Positions 48,956-56,978 of a stretch of DNA of 56,978 bases are shown here, one piece after another. Below the pieces are notes generated by a model. That model ran no database searches. It saw only the letters and a list, made by a program, of their open reading frames with translations, and had not been told where the DNA came from. How positions within the stretch are numbered: position 1 is the stretch's first letter; each line of letters opens with the position of its first letter. The DNA is from Folioceros fuciformis (lineage: Eukaryota), in the NCBI GenBank assembly GCA_049999805.1, contig JBNGIO010006279.1, positions 497,815-554,792 of the forward strand. Direction: 5' to 3'. Position numbers and translations under genes: made by a program.

Positions 48956-51567
48956 TTGAAGTCGTTGAGTCGTCTGTGTGAGGATGGAAGGGTGGAAGAG
49001 GCACTACTTCAGATGGATCAGCCAGGTGCCGTGGATGCAGCGGATACAGTGCAGATATATATGAAACTGTTGAAATCGTGCACCACGAGGAAATCACTGG
49101 CTCAGGCCAAGCGGGTGCATGATCATCTGACCAAAAATGGGCTGGAGTCAAACAGGTATTTGGGTGATATGTTGTCTATACTTTGGTGAAGTGTGGGGGC
49201 TTTGTAGACGGGGTACGCATGTTGGACAGATTGTCAAACCGAACTGTTTTAACTTGGACAGCTATCATCTCAGGGTGCACTAAGCTGGGTCAATGGCAGG
49301 AGGCGCTGATAAGGTACCAGCAGATGCAAGAGGAAGGTGTGCAGCCAAACACTTACATACTTGTGAGCTTGCTGAAAGCCTGTGTCAGCTTAGGAGACCT
49401 GGGAGAGGGCAAGCGAATCCATGCTGATGTCGTGATTCGTGGGTGTGAGAATGATGTGTTTGTGGGCACATCTCTGGTTGACATGTATGTCAAGTGTGGA
49501 AGCATAGCTGATGCGGGGTATGTGTTTGACCGCTTGTCGCACCGGGATGTAGTTTCCTGGAATGCCATGCTTGCCGGATATGCTCTGCACAAGCAAGGGC
49601 ATAAGGTTTTGCAGTTAAATGTGCAGATGAAGGAGGAGGGAGTGAGTCCGAACCATCGGACTCTTGTTAGCGTGCTCCAAGCATGCAGTAACCTTGCAGA
49701 AGAAGAAGAAAGTGTCATTCTGGATGAGCAGCCCATCAAAGTGGATTCGCGATGTAAGGGGAGGGCGATCCACGGAGAAGCAGTTCGGAGGGGTTATGAG
49801 TCAGATCTATTTGGTTGTACGGGTCTCATCACTATGTATGCAAAGTGTGGGAGTATGGTGGATGCGCAACATGTGTTCAGATTATGTCAGCATGATCTAG
49901 TTTCATGGACTGCCATGATAGCAGGATACACTCAGCAGCAGCAAGGGGAGATGGCTGTGCAGCTGTTTGAGGAAATGGTAGACAACAATGTTGCTCCAGA
50001 TGATTGGACATTTGCTTGTGCCCTCCAAGGATGTGGTACTGTTGCTGAAAAAGAGGATAGCATCATCCTAGATCTGCAATCCATCAAAGTGGAATGTCTT
50101 TCCAAGGCAAAAGCTTTGCATGCGGAAGCTGCTCAAGGGGGATACGACTGTGTCTTGTTTGTATCTAACTCACTTGTCAGTCTATATGCAAAGTGTGGAA
50201 GCATAGGGGATGCACGATACGTCTTTGACAGATTGCCCCGACGTGACATAGTTTCATGGAACACAGTGCTTGCAGGATATGCTCAGCACCAGCAAGGAGA
50301 GGAAGCTCTCAAGCTTTTAGCGCAGATGTAAGCTGATGGCCTGACTGCTGATGACTGGACGTTTGCCAGTGTGCTTCAAGCATGTAGTTGCCTTGCAGAG
50401 AAGGAAGAGTCTATGTCTGTGAATGCCCAACCCATCAGAGTCGGGAGTCTGCATCGGGGAAAGACAGTACTAGCAGAAGCTCGTTCGAAGGGCTCTGTAT
50501 TGGACGTGTTTGTAGGTAACGCTGATATCAGCCACTATATAAAGTGCGGGAGTCCTACAGATGCACAATGTGTGTTTCAAGAACTCTGCCAGAGGGATGT
50601 CACGTCTTGGAATATATTGCTTGCCGGATTCACTGGCCAGGGTCTAGAAGAACAGGCATTGCAACTTTATGCTGAGATGCAGGCAGACGGTGTGAACGCA
50701 GACGATGTAACAATAGTTGCCATTCTCGGGGCATGTGGCAACATAGGATTTCTCAGCAAAAGCTCTCAAATCCACCATGACATTGTACGAAGTGGGCTTA
50801 AACCCAGTCCTAGTGTGGCAACAGCTCTAGTTCATGCATACGGGAAGTGTGGAAGCATGCTAGATGCTCGCGATGTCTTGGACTCCCTGCCCCGTGATAA
50901 TCTGTGGTCTTGGAGTGCACTGATTGCAGGCTATGCCCGTCAGGGCCACCACGACAAAAGCGTGTCCTGCTTTGAGGAGATGCTTGCGGAAGGCCTGAAC
51001 CCCGATGCGGTCACATTCTCTTCGCTCCTCTCAGCATGCAGCCATGCTGGCATGGTGGAACAAGGCTTGGAGTACTTCGAATGCATGGCCAGAAGTTACG
51101 GTATCTCTGCAACAGTGGAGCACTACGGCATCATGATCGACCTCCTGGGCCGTGCAGGTCTGTTCAAGGAGGCTAAGCATTTCATTACCAGCATGCCAAA
51201 GGAACCTACTCTACCAGTGTGGATGTCCTTGCTTGCTGCCTGCCGAAAGCACGGCAATGTGGTGCTTAGGAGACTGGCCTTCGAACATGCTGTCCGCCTG
51301 CAACCAAGAGAAAGTTCCGCGTTTGTACTCATGTCAAACGTGTATGCTCACGCTGGCATGTCGGAGTCTGCCAAGGAGATCGAGTGGCAGAGACAGCTCG
51401 CAGGCGCATGCAAGGAGCCTGGACGAAGCTGGGTCGAATGTGGACATCAAGTGCATTCTTTTGTCGTTGGCGACCGTGGTCACCCGGAACACGAAACGCT
51501 TCACCAAGTCCTGAAATGCTTGTCTCGAAATGAACATGAATCGAAGACTCCGCCAAGTGCACTCTGA
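48956..51567 (+). pseudogene. PLS-class PPR E+ pseudogene (one frameshift, one nonsense codon)
   Basis: Three ORFs (48956-49189, 49183-50331, 50371-51567) form one PPR array. A 1-nt deletion near 49173 and an in-frame TAA at 50329-50331 in QM*ADG interrupt it. It ends KEPGRSWVE..VHSFVVGDRGHP. Confidence 0.85.
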
Positions 51568-51981
51568 TTTCTTGTCTCACAGGATTGTTCTACGTATCCC
51601 GTTATCACAATTGCCCACGATTCCTCTTCGACCAAACCACACGTCGATGATGAAGACAAAATGGCACAATTCAATACTCAAATCACAACTCCATGGCAAC
51701 GTTTGCACGATCCCCGTTTGTCCATGTCCATTTTCGATCTCTTAGGCGGCTGTGGTTCACCAGCATCGTGCATAATCGGCCTTCAACTGCTTGGTTTCGC
51801 GATCTTCGCTGGCTCATGGCTAAAGTGTCCGAAGCGCGGTTTGTGGTTCGCCGGCATTGTACTACAGTCGGCCTCCAAGTGCTCACTTCCCTGAGATTTG
51901 AGACCTGCAGTTGTCAACAATGTTGTGGCAGAGCCGGTGGAATTCAGGAGAGGAGTGTCTGATATGATTCCATAGGAAGAA

Positions 51982-54900
51982 ATGGCGCTACCATTGCAGT
52001 TTTCCCAGGCCGTTTTGTGGGCGGTCCCCGACTCTGAGAATCTGGTAAATCAACAGTGGATACGTCTCCAGGCATCGCAGCCCACCTCTGTGCCTTGGAG
52101 GTCAACGAATGGCAGGTGTGTTGTGTGCACGGTTTCTGCCGTTCGGAGTGAGGGGAGTGTGCAGGCAGAGAAACAGGACCTATTGTGGCAGCATTTCTTC
52201 CAAGATCCTACTGTGTGGTGGGACAACAGACCGGATAAGAGGAGTTCCAGTCATCCCGACTTCAGGCACAAAACGTCCAAGGAGGCGCTGTGGCTGGATA
52301 ACCGTGACAAACCTGAGTGGGTGGATTCGCAGCTGGCCAGATGGGATGCTGGACAGAAGACCGCACAAGATGGCTGTAAAGCACATGCGGAAGTGGATGC
52401 TATGGTTCAGACATTGTACGTACGGTGTGAGGAGGGGGAATTGAGGGATGCTGTTGAAGTTTTAAATCTCCTAGTACAGAGAGGGTGCTGTGTAAGCCAG
52501 TCTCTCTACTATCGTGTTCTCAAGTTGTGCATGGCACGGAAGGATTTGGGTCTAGGCAGGCGGGTTCATGCTCTTGCTGAGAAAAGTGGGTACCAGTCAA
52601 GCCCATTCTTGGCGAACCACATCATCAGAATGTATGGTTTTCATGGCAAACTGGAGGATGCATTGCATATCTTTAACAAAGTGATTGAACCAGATGCTTA
52701 TATGTGGGCCAGCTTGATTCTGGCGCACGTTCGACATGGAGAGCCCAGGAAGGCTGTAGAGCTGTACCGACGGATGCGAGATTCAAGTATGGAGGCAGAT
52801 AATCATGTGTTCGCAGCAGTCCTCAGGGCCTGCGCAAGTTCAGAGGATCTAGTTGCTGGCAAGGAGGTGCATGCTGATATTGTTGCCAGTGCTGTCCAGG
52901 CTGATGTGGTTGTTGGCAACAGCTTGGTGAACATGTATGCGAAATGTGGGAGAGTGGATGACGCTCGCAGTGTGTTTGACAGGTTGGGTGCGAGGGATGT
53001 GGTGACCTGGAATACTATGATCACTGGATATACGCAGGAGGGGCTTGGTAGAGAAGCCCTGGCCCTCTATGCTAGCATGCAGGAAGAGGCACTTGCTTTA
53101 GCCAATCCCGCTACTTTCATGTGCCTCCTGCAAGCTTGCAGTACTGTGGGAGCACTGCATCTGGGACAGGAGATTCACGAGCGAATACGGGACAAGGGAA
53201 TGGGAACTGATCTGCTGGTGGGAAACTCCTTGGTCGACATGTATGCAAAGTGTGGGAGCTTGGAAACTGCAGTCAGGGTATTTGATGCAATGCCCACGAG
53301 AGATGTGGTGACATGGAACACCATGATAGCTGGATATACGCAGCAGGGGCATGGTCATGATGCACTCGCCATGTATGCAAGGATGCAGGAGGAGGGCGTC
53401 ATTGCCAGTGAAGTGACGTTCGTCTGCCTTCTTCAAGCATGTGCGAATATCGGCATCGAAGCTGTTTTCGAGGGAAAGGAGCTCCATGAGCAGATTTGTG
53501 GAAGGGGTCTGGAAACTGGTACGTTGATCGGGAGCTGCCTGGTGGAGATGTATGCCAAATGTGGGAGCGTGGAGAAAGCTCGAAGTGTGTTTGACAGGAT
53601 GTCCACAAAAAATGTGGTCACATGGACTTCCATGATCGCAGGATATGCTCAGCACGGGCTTGGACAGGACGCCCTTGCCCTATACAGTAGCATGCAACAA
53701 GAGGGCATGACTCCACCTGATCGTGTCACATTTCTTTATCTCCTGAAAGCATGCGGTAGTTTAAAATCTCTGCACCTGGGCCAGGGCCTTCACACACAGG
53801 TCAAAGAACGAGGGCTGGAAGGAGATTTGCTAGTTGGTAACTGCCTTATCGAAATGTATTTGAAATGTGATAGCTTGGAGGATGCTCGGAGAGTGTTCAA
53901 CGGTCTACGCACAAGAGATATTGTGACATGGAATACGATCATCGCAGGATATGCTCACCGAGGGCTCGGGCAAGAAGCTCTTGATCTGTATGACACTATG
54001 CAAGCAGATGGGTTGACTCCGGCCAATCAAACAACTTTTGTGTCCCTCCTTCAAGCTTGCGCCACAGTGGGAAGGCTGCATCAGGGGAAGCAGCTTCACG
54101 CACAGATTCGTGAAAGTGGTCTGGAAGCTGATGTATCTGTTGGCAGCAGCCTGGTCGACATGTATGCAAAATGCGGGAGCTTGAAGGATGCTCTCACCAC
54201 CTTTGACAACCTGATGACGAAAGACGTGGTTACATGGACTGCCATGATCGCAGGATACTCCCAGCAGGCAATGGGTCAGGAAGCACTGGATCTTTATGTA
54301 GCTATGCAGCTAGAGGGCATGAGTCCAGCTAACCATGTAACATTTGTGTGCCTCCTTCAAGCGTGTGCAACTTTGGGCGCCCTGCATCAAGGAAAGGGGC
54401 TTCATGTGCAAATAGAGGAAATGGGTTTCCTTGCAGACGTGCAAGTCGGCAACTCTCTGGTGAACATGTACGCAAAATGTGGAAGTATGGGTGACGCCAG
54501 AACTGTATTCAACAGATTGCCAGCAAAAGACGTAGTAACATACAGTGCCCTGCTCAACGGCTATGCCGAGCATGGTGACGGGCAAATGGCTATGGAATGT
54601 TTCGAAGAGATGCTTCAGCAAGGTGTACAGCCAGATGCAACCAGCTTCGTCTGCCTGCTTGTGGCATGCAGCCATGCAGGCCTGGTCTCTGAAGGCAGGC
54701 AATACTTCAGAACGATGGTGGACACGTACGCTATAGTTCCAACTGATCAGCACCATAGCTGCATGGTTGACCTAATCGCAAGATCAGGCCATCTCTCAGA
54801 AGCTGAAGATATGATCCTATCTACGAGGTTCGAGAACGACTTTGTGGCCTGGAAGTCTTTGCTCAGTGCGTGCAAAAACCATGGAGATGTAGACCGTGCA

Positions 54901-55446
54901 AGGCGGTGCTTCAACCGTCTCGTCGAACTGGAACCTGAGCACGCCAGTTCCTACGTACTCCTGGCCAACATGTATGCGAGCGCCGGCAGGAGGACGGACG
55001 CAGATCGGATAGAGGACATGAGAAAGACGGCAGGTGCTAGGAAGAAACCTGCCAGGGCCGGCATCGAGGTGAACAACAAGGTGCACGAGTTCACAGTGGG
55101 AGAAGGTAGGGTTGAGATCTCATCAAAGGTGCGGAGTGTGAACAAGAGGTTAAAGGAGGAAGGTGGCCATGTGCCACAGACGGACTTGGTGCTCAGGACC
55201 GTGTCGGAACAGGAGAAGGAAGACGCCTTGTGTGGACATGCTGAGAAACTCGCGTTGGCCTATGGCTTACTGAACACTCCAGACGGCGCCACTTTGCTGG
55301 TGACAAAAAACCTCCGGATGTGCAACGACTGCCATAGCAGTACCAAGATCATGTCAAATCTCGAGAACCGGGAGATAATTGTCAGAGATGCTCATCGTGT
55401 CCACCGCTTTGTGAATGGATCTTGCAGCTGCGGGGATCGACATTGA
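51982..55446 (+). CDS. PLS-PPR protein with DYW:KP (DRH-type) deaminase-like domain and N-terminal PDF motif; candidate U-to-C organellar RNA-editing factor
   Basis: 1154-aa intronless ORF: transit-like N-terminus, WWDNR..PDFRHK, ~23 PLS motifs, E1-E2, KKPARAGIEV, HAEKLA, CNDCH, SCSCGDRH*. Confidence 0.93.
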   Translation: MALPLQFSQAVLWAVPDSENLVNQQWIRLQASQPTSVPWRSTNGRCVVCTVSAVRSEGSVQAEKQDLLWQHFFQDPTVWWDNRPDKRSSSHPDFRHKTSKEALWLDNRDKPEWVDSQLARWDAGQKTAQDGCKAHAEVDAMVQTLYVRCEEGELRDAVEVLNLLVQRGCCVSQSLYYRVLKLCMARKDLGLGRRVHALAEKSGYQSSPFLANHIIRMYGFHGKLEDALHIFNKVIEPDAYMWASLILAHVRHGEPRKAVELYRRMRDSSMEADNHVFAAVLRACASSEDLVAGKEVHADIVASAVQADVVVGNSLVNMYAKCGRVDDARSVFDRLGARDVVTWNTMITGYTQEGLGREALALYASMQEEALALANPATFMCLLQACSTVGALHLGQEIHERIRDKGMGTDLLVGNSLVDMYAKCGSLETAVRVFDAMPTRDVVTWNTMIAGYTQQGHGHDALAMYARMQEEGVIASEVTFVCLLQACANIGIEAVFEGKELHEQICGRGLETGTLIGSCLVEMYAKCGSVEKARSVFDRMSTKNVVTWTSMIAGYAQHGLGQDALALYSSMQQEGMTPPDRVTFLYLLKACGSLKSLHLGQGLHTQVKERGLEGDLLVGNCLIEMYLKCDSLEDARRVFNGLRTRDIVTWNTIIAGYAHRGLGQEALDLYDTMQADGLTPANQTTFVSLLQACATVGRLHQGKQLHAQIRESGLEADVSVGSSLVDMYAKCGSLKDALTTFDNLMTKDVVTWTAMIAGYSQQAMGQEALDLYVAMQLEGMSPANHVTFVCLLQACATLGALHQGKGLHVQIEEMGFLADVQVGNSLVNMYAKCGSMGDARTVFNRLPAKDVVTYSALLNGYAEHGDGQMAMECFEEMLQQGVQPDATSFVCLLVACSHAGLVSEGRQYFRTMVDTYAIVPTDQHHSCMVDLIARSGHLSEAEDMILSTRFENDFVAWKSLLSACKNHGDVDRARRCFNRLVELEPEHASSYVLLANMYASAGRRTDADRIEDMRKTAGARKKPARAGIEVNNKVHEFTVGEGRVEISSKVRSVNKRLKEEGGHVPQTDLVLRTVSEQEKEDALCGHAEKLALAYGLLNTPDGATLLVTKNLRMCNDCHSSTKIMSNLENREIIVRDAHRVHRFVNGSCSCGDRH

Positions 55447-55766
55447 CGCACACTTGTACAATCCAGGTATTCTTCTTTTCTTCCCCACAGCCATGCCGGC
55501 GTGAAACCCAGACAACGCGCCAGACGGAACACTTCAGGGGTGCCTTTTGAAAGGAATCTACACACAGTAATGTTTGTAGGCATCGTTTGTCTTCTACGAA
55601 GGGTTCACACATTCTCCGGAAACGTTGTCTTTTTCAACAAAGGTCCATATACAATGCTCCTACATACTTATCTACTAACGTTCAATGTATATTTTCCTAT
55701 TTTCCTGTAGGAATGGACATGACTCTACATCGTTGTATCTAGACTACAAATTTAAATCCAATAAAG

Positions 55767-56765
55767 TTATTGATTATCAGTAACAATTCCTTGTATGTTG
55801 AACACACTTTTTCTTATTTTATTTTGATCTTCAATTGACAGACGTAAGTCTTTTGTGAGGGTGAAACCATGGCTTAAAATATATGTTACCTCTATGTATA
55901 GTTTTTGAAGACATCTTTTATGAATATGTTTTGAATAGAGTTCCTGAAGTTCATCAGGCTTTTTCCTGGTCTTGTTCTTTCTTGATACTTTTTCGTTTGT
56001 CTTCTCCATATGAGGAACATATTTTCCATTGTAGGCATCTTTGTCAAAGGTGTTCCACCAATGTACTTGAATGTAAGGGTTCTTACACTTCAAGTTCAAG
56101 TTTTCAATCATTCCAATCCAGAATGGACGAGTAGGAATATCGGCACACAAAATAGCCACAAATTCTCCTCGTTTGTAAGCTTCAATCGTCCTTGGATGGT
56201 CTGCTTCCTCTAAGTTCCTTGGATGGTCTACTTCCTTTGAGTTCTGCACCTCCCCTACATCTCTAGGCTTTCTTGTGGCAATTGGTGTTATAGCCTTCCG
56301 CTTTTTATTTTGTGCATCGATACCGAAACATGAGCCACTATGAAGCCTTCGTGGGGATAAGGTGGTAATTGTGCTTGTTCTCGTCATTGGTATAATGGAT
56401 TTCCCTTTTATCTCCTCCTTATTTTTGTTTTGCATATGTTTCCGTCTGCTAGCCTCTAGCTTCCTTAGTATTTGGGTTTCATGATCTTCAACTCTACTAT
56501 TGTCAGTTTGTAGGTGTACAGCCTTCTCCAATGCATCCAATCTTTTGTTGATTTTGTCCATCTGTGTTTCTCTCTTCTCTATATCACTATTCTTTTCAAG
56601 GGATTGACTTTGCAATTCCACCATGGTTTGAAGTTTGACAAGAAGATCCTTCAAGTTAGTTTCAAGTGTTTTTACAAAAAGTGACAATAGAAGATAAGTG
56701 AGGATAGGAAACAAGTAATGACATATGTCCTTTGTGTTGCTTTGCAAGTCTAGGGATTGACACAT
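55767..56765 (-). other. AT-rich ORF of unknown function (coiled coil plus a Trp-rich beta-barrel-like domain), probably transposon-associated; may extend beyond the annotated start
   Basis: 332-aa open frame with heptad-like N-half, NLS-like NKKRK, and GEFVAI..RPFWIGMI..IQVHWW. Sharp GC drop after ~55600. Confidence 0.4.
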
Positions 56766-56978
56766 TGAAACTCTAGTTGCCTTGTAGCATTTTATTCGAT
56801 TTACCTTATGACGTTGTCATTTGTAGCGTTTGTAAGATAGCAGCCTGAAGTGGTTGTTGTTTGACTATCTTGATTGCTCCTGTTGCAGCTTTTCAAGCCA
56901 TTACCAAGCTCTAGCTTGCTTCCCTACCAATATCTGTCTCTAAGAATGAATGGCTTGTGTGTTCACATCATGTTAAGT

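Overview
Eukaryotic nuclear DNA from a gene-dense land-plant genome, most likely a hornwort. This is inferred from introns of mostly 75-110 nt, tightly packed genes, abundant PLS-class PPR genes and a DYW:KP protein ending in DRH. From left to right the window holds a dead full-length RNase H-bearing LINE (Tad1/I-like), a PLAT/LH2 gene, a PPR relic, a Gnk2/DUF26 secreted protein, a signal-peptide polyphenol oxidase, BOB1/NudC, a PP2C-cNMP-kinase gene, a possible decayed TPR gene and STN8. Next come a duplicated LRAT/NC gene pair flanking a 64-bp satellite (copy 2 is broken by an internal inversion), an intronless peroxisomal thiolase and RPL35A. The right part has four PLS-PPR genes interleaved with UK/UPRT, a complex I subunit, a Nudix NADH pyrophosphatase and an alpha/beta hydrolase, then an AT-rich unknown ORF. 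The highlight is the PPR editing-factor cluster. It includes a candidate U-to-C editing factor (DYW:KP, HAE, DRH) fused to an N-terminal OSB-type PDF ssDNA-binding motif, a second intron-split PDF motif upstream of another PPR, and three E+ PPRs with a recurrent 16-aa loop insertion in L motifs. All calls come from reading the sequence by eye; no searches were run.
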